From positions 10,230,001-10,294,000 of the forward strand of contig NC_043023.1 of the NCBI RefSeq assembly GCF_006345805.1: a stretch of 64,000 nucleotides of DNA, given 5' to 3'. This document shows positions 40,649 through 53,525 of this stretch, piece after piece. Source of the DNA: Octopus sinensis (lineage: Eukaryota). Each line of letters begins with the position of its first letter. Within the stretch, counting starts at the first letter, position 1. A program made the translations under genes and the position numbers. The notes beneath the pieces were generated by a model that was given only the letters and a program-made list of their open reading frames with translations, was not told the DNA's origin and did no database searches.

Positions 40649-41089
40649 TTATCTAATAAAGGAATCGACTGACATGGTAAGGTTGGAGGAAGACGAACCG
40701 TTGATTAGGAAGCAACGTCTACGATGGACACGAAACTCAGTTATGAGCGCAGAACAAGTGATGGACGATAAGAGAATATCAATTGGGTAAGGAATGACCA
40801 TGGTTCTTTTCTCCTTTAACTCTTGTTCCAACCATGGCTGCCCCTGCGTAGTTATTTGTGGTGTTGTTTACTTTGTAAAACAATGAAGGGAGATGGTTGC
40901 TAGCACATCAACCTCTACCCACATTCTCCCCATCCTCATCTTTACCATAAAGGGGCCCTAACAAAATCTGATAATAGGTATAGAAACAAAAGAGACAGAG
41001 AGGGCGCGGTTGGATTGGGGAAGTTCTTTTGTTTTGAATTTGGCGTGCCGATGGTGTGTGTGTGTCACTGAAGTCATACGTACGCACAT

Positions 41090-41535
41090 AAATACATACA
41101 TACATACATACAAACATACAAACATACATACATACACACGTACACACATACATACACACATACATACAAACATACATACGTACATACACACATACATACA
41201 TACGTACATACATACATACACACATACATACACACATACATACGTACATACACACATACATACGTACATACATACAAACATATATACAAACATACATACG
41301 TACATACACACATACATACATACACACATACATGCATACACACATACATACATACACACATAAATGCATACGTACATACACACATACATACATAAATACA
41401 TACACACATACATACACACATACAAACATACAGACATACATACACACATACATACATACAAACACACATACACACATATACATACATACATACATACATA
41501 CATACATACATACATACATACATACATACATACAT
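41090..41535. repeat. (CATA)n microsatellite
   Basis: Direct inspection. Confidence 0.95.
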
Positions 41536-44500
41536 CGTCATCATCATTGTTCGACCGTGGTCGAGACAATGGAATTTACTATGTTACGCCAGACTTCACG
41601 GTCCATCATAGCATTACGGAGGTCCTGTTGCTGGATGCCTGTATCCCTGGAGATTACATCAGGGTAGGAGAGTGTGCGCCCTCTGGTATTACAAGTAGAT
41701 GGCTTCCAGAGGAGAAGAGTAGAAATTACCTCGTTTTCAGCTCTACAACAATCTCCAGTGAACTGGACTCTCCTACCTTTCACAAGAGATGACACAGGTG
41801 GTAATTTCCCATATATTTGCATTTTGGTTGGATGGCGCCTCCACGAGAGATTTTGAGCTCTCATAAGGAGGCGAGTGTAGGTTCCATCCAACCGCCTCTC
41901 AAGCTTCTTTGATAACGTCCAGGTTTCTGAGCCATATAGTAGAATTGGTTCGACTGTGGTTTTGAATATTTCAAGTTTGAAGTCTCTACTTAGATTTGAT
42001 GACCAGATCTTATGCATGTCATTACAGGCTGACCAGGCCATACCCTTTCTAGTTAGAAAGTCTTTTCCAGATGATGATATGTATGACCCAAGATATTTAT
42101 AATCAGAAACCATATTTAAAGGTGCACTGTTGAGAGTGTGGATGATGCAATCACTGTTGGACAGGCACTTGTTTATGTATTCAGTTTTGGTCTCATTGAG
42201 GTAAAGACCTACACAATTTGAGGCCTGTTCAAGAGATTGTAAAAGAGACTGGGCATTGGAGAGAGAATCACTGATAAGAGTGATGTCGTCAGCAAAGTCA
42301 GTGTCTGTCAAGTTCTCAGCTGGGTGTCTGGAACTTCTTCTTGGTTTTATTTCAAAGCCCTTGCCAGAGATGGTATCAACTGACATACGTAGCACATAAT
42401 CAACAACAATGATGAAAAGAAATGGGGCGAGTGTGTCTCCCTGCAGTATTCCGGCTTTGATTGAGAAAGATGATGTTTCTCTATCAGGGGTTAAGATGGT
42501 TGAAGACGTATCTGTGTAGAGGACCTTGATGGCAGAAATAATTTTGTCTGGTATCCCATAGAGCTTAAGGGTTTCAAACATCTTGTACCTATCTACAGAA
42601 TCGAACGCTTTAGAAAAGTCTACAAATACCATTGCAAGATCGCGATTAAATGCTTTTGATTCTTCAATAAGTCTGCGCAGGCATAGTATCTGGCTCAGCG
42701 TTGAGCGCCCATGTCTGAATCCATTTTGGTTCTTTCGGAGCAAAGGTTCAACAAAAAGGACAAGACGATTTAGGATCAGTTTGTTGTACAGTTTTGCAGC
42801 AATTGACATTAGAGATATGCCCCTGTAGTTGGTGACGAGGGACAAATCGCCTTTTTTGGGTATTGGAATGATTTGAGATTGGTGCCAAAGCTTTGGAGCG
42901 ACAAAGGTGGAAAGTGTGTGGTTGCAGAGGTTGAGCAAAAGTGTGTGAAATCTATCATCCTTCCAAATTACAGCTGGAATGTTGTCGGGACCAAATGCTT
43001 TCGAGGCTTTTAGTTGCTTGGTGGCTGCTGTTAGTTCAAATATGGTAAAAGGGGAGGTGTTGATGTCCAGCGTGTCTGATATAGGCACACTTGGGAGAGT
43101 GGGGTTATCAGGGATTTTGGCATTCTTCCCAAGGAGGTTTTTAAAATGGGTTGACCAATTTTCTAAACGCTTCTTAGCTGATCTCCCTTTAATTCTAATT
43201 GATGACCCAGAATTTTTGCCTGATAGGTCTTTGATGGATTTCCAGGCGAGATGGTGTTTTTTACTAATGTGCTCTTTCGATAGTTTACTAATTTTGCCAT
43301 TGATAAATTCGACCTCGGCGTTCAAGTAAGCCTCATCAAGATTCTTCCTGGCAGCTATGAGTTGGATCTTCAGTGACTGGGATGGAGAACGGTGGTAAGC
43401 TAGTAATATAGACTTTAGATGGTTTCTGGCTTCGATGACATTTGGGGAATTAGAAGGTTTGCTCTGGCCCCTACTCTTCTTTTTGGGAAGAGTAGCCAGT
43501 GCAACTTCCTCTGTTGATTTGATGAGGCTGCTGTATACTTCCTCAATGTTCTCAGCATCTATTTCAGAGGTAGACAGAGATTGAAATGTGTTATAGACCT
43601 CAATAGTAAATTGTTTGGACATATCGGGGTTAGATAAGACTTCCTCCCAGTCGATCATTTTGATCGGGTGAGGCTTAGTTTTTTTGGATGAGCGAAGACT
43701 AAGCTTAACGGTAGCTGATACAATTCTGTGGTCAGAGCCGACAGAACTAAAGGAAGAGTAGGATCTCAAGTCTTTAACACTATTGCGCCATTTCTTTCGA
43801 AAGATGAGGTAGTCAATTTGTGCCCTATCACCAAGTGGGGACTCAAATGTCCAAAGTTGACCTTTTGGTTTCATAAAAGAATTGTTGGAGGTGTAGAGAT
43901 TAAATTCCTCCAAGAAGTCTTTGAGCATTTCTCCGTTCCGATTGGTTTTAGAGTTGAAAGTAAACTTGGTCTCATCGGGTCCTAGTCTAGCATTCAGATC
44001 ACCAGCTATAACCAGAAAATTATGGAGAGGTACTTGCTCAATGGTTGAACGAAGGGTTGTATAAAAATTTTCAATTTCGTCTGCCACAGACGAATTATGT
44101 GGGCTATACACACATACCAATGTTGGTTTTGGGTTTCCATCTATCTCAAGCACCATAATTCTAGGTGAGATTGACTCTATACTCAAGAGAGTATCACTAG
44201 CCTTTGATGAAAGTAGAAATCCAATACCTCCAACTGTTGAATTAACAGTATTCTTTGATGCTGAGGAGGTTACAAGTTGATAAGAACCGACTTGATGGTA
44301 TTTGAGGATGTTGTCAGGGTGGTAAAATCGGTGTTCTTGGACAGCTATTATATCAATGCCATGTGATTCTGCATTTGCACCAAGTTCTTCTAGACGGCCA
44401 AGAGAGCCGAGGGTGCGGGCATTGAGGGTGCTGAGTATCGTATGATTTTTACAGCTGATGAGGTGTTTGTTTGGTTGGGGGCTGACTCTTCTCCATCAGG

Positions 44501-44545
44501 TGATACCCGTCTGTTAAGATTGAGGGCATCACCGTCAATGGATAC
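41535..44545 (-). mobile_element. Near-intact RTE/RTEX-type LINE: one EN-RT frame open 44495-41544 (983 codons, no in-frame ATG at its start)
   Basis: APE motifs TLNARTL, IIAVQEH, IAGDLNA, QIDY, GSDH; RT motifs FVDFSKAFDSV, LQGDTLAPFLF, FADD; (TGA)n tail; flanked on both sides by (TATG)n. Confidence 0.93.
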
Positions 44546-46728
44546 ATACATACATACACATACACACACACATGATGGCTGCCCCCCCCCTCGTTATCGA
44601 GTATGACCATTGCACGAAGCTCAACCGTTATCTGCGCTGTGATCGAATGTGACATTTTTAGCCCAGCCAAAGACCTTTAATGTCTTGTACAGAAATGGCA
44701 GCTAAAACCTTTCCCGGCCAACAGCCGGCCGTAGTTGGAACTGGGCTTCATGTCCCTTTGAATGTCTTCTCCAATTACACTCCCTTCCACACATGCCCAA
44801 CACATAGGATTAGTATGGTGTCTAACACCATCACCACGGGCCAGCTTGTCACTCATCTCTCTCTCTCACACATATAAAATGGACCCTTTAGTTTCACCAC
44901 ACATTAGGGTAAATTTTCACACTAATATATATAATACCTGTTGGCATTCTTACCTGTTCTGACCGCGGGAAATCTCAAAAGGGACCACAAGGATCTCGGA
45001 ATACAATATCAAAAAACTCTGTTCATTCCCTGGGTTTTTCCAATTTCTATGTAACACGAAATTTCTTTCATATTTTCTTCATTTTGTAGGGAAAAAAACC
45101 CCACTTTATATAAAATATAAATAAAATGAACCCTTTATTTTCACTTTTTGCCACACAGTATATATAATACCTGTTTTGTTTTTTTACCGCGGGAAATTTC
45201 TTTGGAAACAAACTGCCAGCATCAGTTGTTGGTTGTCGGATCACAGCATCCTTGAAAACTTCCATGCTTCCTGAGATTCTGCTCGTGTACAAGAAGACTT
45301 GAAGCAGCAAACTGTAAGAACTCGTGAAACAGACTTTCTCAAATTCATGGAAAAAAATTTCCGAACGTGTAGAAGGTTCTTCAGAAAGCAGTTGATAACT
45401 TCTGATGTCTAAATGGGATCTTTACCTTTTGAAGTACAGATTTTAAAAAGTAATTTTTTGTATCTAAAGATCCGTCTAAGTGATTTAATTAGCTGTGAAG
45501 GTCCCACCGAAAACAATAGCGAGAGAAAGAACAGGTGGAAAAGTTCAGAGCGCTATTAATTCCGAAGCGATTCTGTGTCCGGGAGACATGGCTATTTGTT
45601 GCAGACTATTTGTGAAAACTGGGAAATGAAATGATTCAAGTACGATACGTTTAAAATGAAATTTTAGTGTGCATGGATTCATACATCTGTATACAGAATC
45701 AAAAGTCAGAATTCAGGGAAAAGCATTTCAACAAATTTTCTTTTTTACAAAAACAAAAAAAGAAAAAAAGGTGGGTACAGAAAAGATTCCTGATACCATG
45801 AACATTTAAGGAAAGTATATAATTATGAAATATTATAAAGTTGTATTTTCATCGATACCGAATGGATGAAATGCAACGTCGACTTCAGTGAAATTTGAAC
45901 TCGGGACGTAAATGCCGCTGAATAATAACCTAATACTTAAATTAGTTTGCTGCAAAAAAGGGTTCATTTAACAAATTCTTTTTCTGATATTTCTCTAGAA
46001 ATATCTTTTATTAAAATAGTTCACCATCCAATTGTAACCTTTGTACTCATTTGATTCATTGATTAGTTGTAGATCTTGGATCAACGCTTTTCCAAGTAAA
46101 TCTACAGCATCAGACTTTGAATTATAAATAGTATTGGATGGCAGCTGGAGTCTTAGAGTAGCTGTCCACCGAAGTTCCATATTATATGGGAATGAAAAAG
46201 GAAAAGGAGGAAAATACAATGTTACTAAAACAAAGACACATTCACAAGTAGACAAACAAATGGTTTGATTAGGGTATAATCAATTTGGCAAAGAAACTAA
46301 AGAGAAAATATTACGACGATGACCACCACAGATCTACAATGGAAGAATTCACCACGTGTAGTTGAGGGTAAAAGAAAACGTTGAACGACATTAAGTACAT
46401 CCAAAATTTATAAAGCAGCAACATACATACATAGATACTTGTAGCACACATATATATATATACGTGCAGAGTGAAAATAAATCACACTATTTAATGTTGA
46501 CGGACTACACTGCAAAAAATAAAAATATCACAGATTTCATTTCATTTCATTTCTGTTTACAAACTGTCTCCGTGTCTACATGGGTCATAACTAAACATAT
46601 GCACAAATCCTTTTGTATATACACACACAATATTTAAGAAAAAAAGGAATTTACACAAAAAAAAGAACGAAACGAAAACAAATATTTTACTCTTATCGTA
46701 TTGTTGTTTACATTTTCTGTCTCTACGG

Positions 46729-47973
46729 ATGAGCAGAAGCAACAGAATCGCCATGGTGGAATCCATAGTGGAATGCGATAAGACTGGTCGCTGCTCCAAA
46801 ATAGAACACTGCCCAGAAAATCACACCTGCCACATCTGTACGGAACCCGAAAATACATTCCGTAATCGCTGGGTCGAATGTGGGACATGTCTCGTCTCTG
46901 TCTGCCTCCAATGTGCCACGGACTTTCAGAAGATCCCAGGCCAAAAAAAGAGCCATCATAATGCTATGATGGATAGACTCTGGAAGATGGTCCAGCTTAA
47001 ATCTTGGACTTTTCAGTGTCAGGCATGCGTGCCTCCACAACCGACAATTGTGTCTCCCCCTGCCACTCCCGTGGAGGAGGCGGAACAGCAACAGCAGCAA
47101 CAACAAAATCAACCACAACTAGAGCAGCAGCAGCAGCAACAACAACAACAGCAGCAACAACAAAATCAACCACAACCAGAGCAGCAGCAACAACAACAGC
47201 AACAACAACAACAACATCAACAACAACAGCAGCAACAACAAAATCAACCACAACCAGAGCAGCAGCAGCAGCAACAACAACACCAATTGACCAGTGCGGT
47301 TCTTGCAGAACTGCAACAATCGATCTGTGCTTTAAGAGGGGAAGTAGCAGGAATAAAAGCAAGCATTCAGGTTGGACTCCACAATGAGGGGTCTTATCGG
47401 AATGCTCTGCTAAAGAACCTCCCTGTACCTGTACCTGTACCTCTTGTCGCATCTAAGACCGCGGATTCTGCAACCCATGAAGTTATTGCCATTGGGGTAC
47501 CAGAAGACATAGCTGATCTTCAGGCATTTGCTGCCAACTCAGCCAAAGACCTAGGCTGCGTTCCCCCAATGGGTGCTCTCCGCCTTGGACGACCTGGCCC
47601 AAAACCCAGGCTCATCAAGCTGTCTTTTTCGGACCACGCTGAGGCAACCTCTTACCATCTGGCCTCAGTTAAAGCCGGGCGTGAAAATCGGACCACCTTC
47701 TGAACACGCCCAGGCTTACCGTCCGATGTACATCCGAAGCTACGTGTAGCGGCTTCCCTGAACAGGAACTCAGCTCTACAAGAAAGCTTCAGTCTTCGGG
47801 AAGATGGACAAATCTGGAGATTTGTTAAGACTGCTGAAACGTGGAAGAGAGATACCAGCTGGTCTGAGTGCTCTCTACCCACAATAACTAACACTGAAAA
47901 AAATCTAAAAAGACTACAGCAACTCAGGGAAACTAAGCCAGAACAACCTGCCATCCTCTACACACCATCATAA
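46729..47973 (+). pseudogene. CR1-clade LINE ORF1 (PHD-like Cys cluster, polyQ, coiled coil, RRM-like C-terminus) with one internal TGA at 47701-47703
   Basis: CHIC...WVECGTCLVSVCLQC...WTFQCQAC; the frame stays open past the TGA (F*TRPGLP...) to TAA at 47971-47973. Confidence 0.8.
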
Positions 47974-50758
47974 ACTGCGAGCAGGGTACAAATTGTTGTC
48001 CTGAAATGCTCGCAGTTTATGCAACAAAATACATTTGTTTAACGCCTACGTCAGAAGTATTGACCCTGACTTCATCACTGTCACGGAAACATGGGCGCAT
48101 TCCTTACTCTGTGATGGGGTTTTCAACATTACGGGGTACAACCTCTTCCGTAAGGACCGCATTAACCGCCGTGGTGGTGGTGGGATGGTCTACGTTCGTT
48201 CAAATTTTTCGGTAATTCCTTGTGCCGATTTGAACGAATCACAAGAAGAAGTTTTTTTCTGTGACGTACGTATGACCATGTCAACACTCCTGCTTGGCGT
48301 TGTTTATCGTCCCCCAAATTACCATCAGGACACACAGCTTTGCAATATCCTCCGAGCTGCTGCCAGGAAAACAGCCACTTATGTTTTTATTGCAGGCGAT
48401 TTCAATCATCCTGAGATCAATTGGGAAACCTTCCATTGGCCACAGAGTGCAAACGATTTTGTTGAGCTTGTGCTGGACTCAAACTGGTCACAAGTAGTCA
48501 CCTCTCCAACAAGAGGCGACAACACCTTGGACCTGCTCTTCACCACAACTCCTGAAGCGGTTATCAATTGCACTACGGAGGAACCTCTAGGTGACTCTGA
48601 TCATGCTATGATCATCGCCAATCTGGCTCTTGCGGGCAACAAAAACCTGAACCATCTCCAATCTGCTTCCTTCGATTGGAAGAGAGCAGATTGGAACCTG
48701 TACCACACTGAACTACAGCACCCAAACTAGTGTAAATTCTACTACTCTGGAGATGTGAATACTATACTCCAGAGTATCCTGGACTCAATATGGGCAGCAT
48801 GTGCATCATCAGTGCCTCGTAAACAGAAAAAGAAGAACCGCCCTAAAAGGGCAATTTGGGAAACTTCAGCGGTCCGACTTGCCAGGAAGGAACGTCGGAC
48901 TGCTGAACGGGAATACAAGTTGCATAAATCAGACACCAACAGGAAGAAGCGGAATAAATCTTCCAACCATCTCAAGCAAGTGACAAAAAAAGCAGTGCTT
49001 GAATTTGAACAGTGCATAGCAGCCAATCCTGACAGCAAGGTTTTCTGGAAATATGTGCATTCAAAGCAGAGACCTCACTCTCCAGTGGGCCCTCTTCGCA
49101 ACCCTCACACAAACCAGATCACTGACGACCCCAAGGAATGCGCAGAACTCATTGCCGAGTGCTATGCAAACATATTCACTGTTGAAAGTCAAAATGTACC
49201 ATCTTCACCATCACTAACAGCAAATTCCATAACAACTATGGAATTTACACCTGCAATGCTGCGACGTCACCTTCAAAATAAGCGCAACTATGCCTCCCCT
49301 GGTCTCGATGGAGTTACATACCTGCTTCTCAAACGTGGCAGGTACTTCCTTTTACACCAGCTTTCTATTTTCTTACAGTACTGTCTCAACAATGGTGCTA
49401 CTCCGGAGCAGTGGAAAACTGCCAGTGTCATTCCTCTGTTCAAAAAGGGCGACCGCACATCACCTGTCAACTATCGCCCAGTCAGTCTCACTAGCTGTAT
49501 TGCAAAACTGATGGAATCGTGTGTCAGAGAAACACTCTGGAACTTCTGGAGCTCTCACAGTCTCATCCGACCCTCACAATATGGATTTGTCCCTAACTCC
49601 AGCTGCAGTGATCAGCTTGTCGAGTTCCTTGAGGACATTACTCAGATCACTGACAGTGGCTCATGGGTGGATGTTGTCTACCTTGACTTTGCTAAGGCTT
49701 TCAACTCTGTGCCACACAAAAGGCTTATGGTGAAACTCTCTGCAATGGGTGTGAGGGATGACCTTTTTAACTGGTTGAAATCCTTCATCCTCAGCCGAAA
49801 GGAGGTAGTCACAGTTCTAGGACAGCACTCTACACCATATGAGGTGTCATCGGGTGTACCACAGGGATCTGTCCTTGGTCCCCTCCTGTTTGTGGCATAC
49901 ATTAATGACATAGATGCCAATTTAAAGAATGCCACAGTATTGAAATATGCAGACGACATCAAGCTGTACCTCGAAATCAAGAGGACTGATCCTGATGTCT
50001 ACAACTCTTTCCTGCAATCAGACCTAGACACAATGCAGCAATGGATCACAGACTGGCAACTGAAACTGGCTGTGGACAAGTGTACCACCATGCATTTTGG
50101 GAGAAAAAACCCTGCGTCCACATACTCCCTCCACAACACTGATATCAAGAAATCCTCTTGCGAGCGTGACCTAGGCATCACTGTCAGCAGTGATTTGCAT
50201 TGGACAAAGCATATCTCTAAAATTGTCAAGAAGGCCGAGGGTGTCTTGGCATCACTCAGCAAGACTTTTGTTAGCCGCTCTCCAGCCATCTATTTAAAAC
50301 TGTATACAGCTATGGTACGACCACACTTGGAATTCGCATCATCAGTTTGGAACCCCTATCTTGCTCAGAACATTGACCTCCTGGAATCTGTCCAGAGACG
50401 TGCAACCAAACGCATACCCTCCATCAGACACCTACCATATTCTGAGCGCCTTGTTTCCCTGGGCATGGATTCACTGAAGCTCCGGCGTCTGGAGACGGAC
50501 TTGGTAAACACCCACAAAGTTATCAACCACCTCACCAATAACAACACTGAACACCTTTTTGATCTCCATGTGTCTAACACACGTGGACATGCCTACAAAG
50601 TCAGAAAACAACACAGCTCTCATGACTTTCGGAAACATTTTTTCACGCTCAGAGTTGCTGAAGCATGGAATAAACTGCCTGCGTCAGTTGTTGACTGCCA
50701 TGACACTGCATCCTTTAAGGCCCTCATGCTTTCCGAAATCCGCCGAAACTACACCTGA
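47909..50758 (+). pseudogene. CR1-clade LINE ORF2 (APE endonuclease + RT), no frameshift, in-frame stops at 48002-48004 (TGA) and 48728-48730 (TAG)
   Basis: NARSL, VTETW, GVVYRPP, AGDFN, LDLLF, SDH; YLDFAKAFNSVPH, GVPQGSVLGPLLF, YADD; the two track ORFs (48035, 48755) share one frame. Confidence 0.95.
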
Positions 50759-50807
50759 TTATATATACACTTTAGATGAGTTGTAGTGCACCTGAGCACT
50801 GTACACA

Positions 50808-50861
<54 letters not shown>
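50759..50861 (+). other. CR1 3' UTR with terminal stem-loop (50782-50803) and (ATT)18 tail
   Basis: TGTAGTGC-ACCTGA-GCACTGTA stem-loop (two G-U pairs) directly before (ATT)n, the usual CR1/L2 3'-end layout. Confidence 0.85.
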
Positions 50862-51401
<540 letters not shown>

Positions 51402-52039
51402 GGAATAGATTCATTTCCCAAGTTACAGACATTGTTTATAAGTTTTATTTTTCAAGCACAACATCCAAATTTTGAAAGTTTCTACTACCATAACAAATGC
51501 ACCTGTGTCTTACCAAGAAGTTTATAAAGAGCAAAGGAATGCTTCTCAGTAAACAACTCTAGACTTGTTTCTTTGCTTGTGAATCAGTGGTCACATCTAC
51601 AAATGATGATGTCCCTGAGTCTTTTCAAAGTGATTCAGAAAACAATTATAATAATAATATTTTGTTTATTCTAAATGATCTTGACATTGTTTTTGACTTT
51701 ACATAAAATATTCTTTACATTCTACTGTTGTTTTATTGTCATTTATTTACAAGTATTATAAATTTTATTGGTAAAATATTTTTCTAGAAATGAATTACAA
51801 TTTATAACATTGCTTCTATGGGAAATTATTGCTTTGCTTTATGAGTTTTCACTTTAGGAGCAATCTCCAGGAAGAAATTAAGTCATATATCAAGGCATTA
51901 TTGTATCTGACATTATTTTGGCACAAGGCCAGCAATCTCAGGGGAAGGAGTAAGTTGAATAACCACATGGATCAGCATGTGTGCTTTTTACATGAACTAG
52001 CACAAATGCTTTTTACAGGGAGTGGCATTGCACGATATA

Positions 52040-52436
52040 TCTATTTGTATAAAGCTGAAGTTGTCTGTGTGTGTGGCAGGTTTTGCAGCCTTCAACTAAC
52101 ACTATCTCTACCGAGACACTAGCGCAAGTTGACCAAAATTGAGAGTATGATAAAAGAAGGCTTGCTCTTCCTTCCGTAGAAGAAAAAATTGAAATCGCAC
52201 CATGTCAACACCAAATATTATTTAGATCAGAAAGGTGCTTTTTTTTCTATGAAAATCCCTATTTTTTACGATTCTTTGACTGCTGTGTCACCGTTTTTCG
52301 GTGTATTTCAACCAGAAAACTGTTCACTTAAAGAGAATAACAAGCTACATAATGCAAGATTTTTACTTTTCAAAAATTCCAATTCTAATGGGTCGAAAAG
52401 AAAATAAACCTGAGCAACGCTGGGCGATACTGCTAG
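52040..52436 (+). mobile_element. Non-autonomous Helitron-like element (duplicate at 59340-59736)
   Basis: A|TC start; same 3' end as 40283-40648 (cctgagcaacgctgggcgatactgCTAG|T). Confidence 0.65.
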
Positions 52437-53069
52437 TATATATATGAAGCTCTGTAACTTCTCATATATATTTGAAGGTGCATGGCTCAATCGTGAGTTC
52501 AATTCATGTCATCTTCATTACATTGAACAATGTTTAAAGTTAAAGGGTCAAAGCGAAATGCAGCCATATTTTCTCCACAAAACTACTTTAAAACGTTTTC
52601 CAATGGCTGAATGACGAAACGTATTAATCTGGTTTCTGCCCTAAATATTCTCGTAAAGTAAGGATGCATCTTGTACACCAGCAAATACTCAGTGAAGTGC
52701 AAGTTAATTCAAAATTAGTCAACGCCGTTGCCAAACACTGAAGAATCTTGTTAATAATTTGGCTAATCTAGTGAAATTCAAAAGTTACTCCAATACTGAT
52801 TCGGTGTAAGGAATGGAAACCTACTTATTTCCCCTTTAATTTCTATTTACTTTCTTAAATCTCCCATACTGAAGGATTATGCTTATTAGAGCCATGCTAT
52901 CCAGGCCAACCGTGTACAATTACTAACATTTTCTCACACTAAACCATCCCACTTACTAAAAATATCCTTCTTGTAGAGGATGGTGTTTAGTCAACTGGTA
53001 CTTATTTTATCGACCCCGAAACGATGAAAGGCACAATCGACCATGGTGGAATTTGAACTGAGAACTGTG

Positions 53070-53288
53070 GGATGACGTCAGCGGCTAGGAAGATGACCGG
53101 AAGATCAAGGGCGCGCACGGGGTTGGGGCGATGGCGCCCTTTTCGATCGGGGAAGTTGTGAGTGCATGACGTGTCAGTGCTTCGACCAGTTGGGGGATAG
53201 CAGCTGCTATTTTTAGCGTTTCGGGACAGGCCACGTGGAAGGGTACATTACCATCCGACAGATAAGGGTCAACGAAGAGAAGGTGAGT
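53070..53288 (+). promoter_or_regulatory. CpG-rich promoter and first exon of the ZF gene (duplicate 60371-60589)
   Basis: CRE TGACGTCA 53073-53080, ETS CCGGAAG 53097-53103, E-box CCACGTGG 53231-53238, donor AAG|GTGAGT at 53283. Confidence 0.65.
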
Positions 53289-53406
53289 GTCTTACTTCTA
53301 ATCTCCCGCATTTACTACGAACGTAGCGACGGTCGAAATAGCGGTTAGCATTTCGTCCGGCGTGCTAACGATCCTGCCAGCTCGCCGCCCTGCAAAATGC
53401 TTTAGA

Positions 53407-53525
53407 TGCTTTGGGCAGATAGGTTGTCCAAGCGGTCACCCATCTAAGTACCCTGCAGGCTCGACATTGCTTCACTTCGGTGATCAGGCGAGACAAGGTG
53501 CAATCAGCATTATATGGCTGTAATA
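53407..53525 (-). pseudogene. 5S rRNA-like sequence (diverged pseudogene or 5S-derived SINE head)
   Basis: Minus strand TACAGCCATA...TCTCGCCTGATCACCGAAGTGAAGCAATGTCGAGCC...GTACTTAGATGGGTGACCGCTTGG aligns with metazoan 5S including box A and box C; roughly three-quarters identical by eye against a recalled consensus; 3' stem degenerate. Confidence 0.8.

Noticed and set aside
45290-46720. Unique-looking region before CR1 ORF1 (possible 5' UTR or host exon)
   Set aside because: Could not place the LINE 5' end, a TSD or an ORF.
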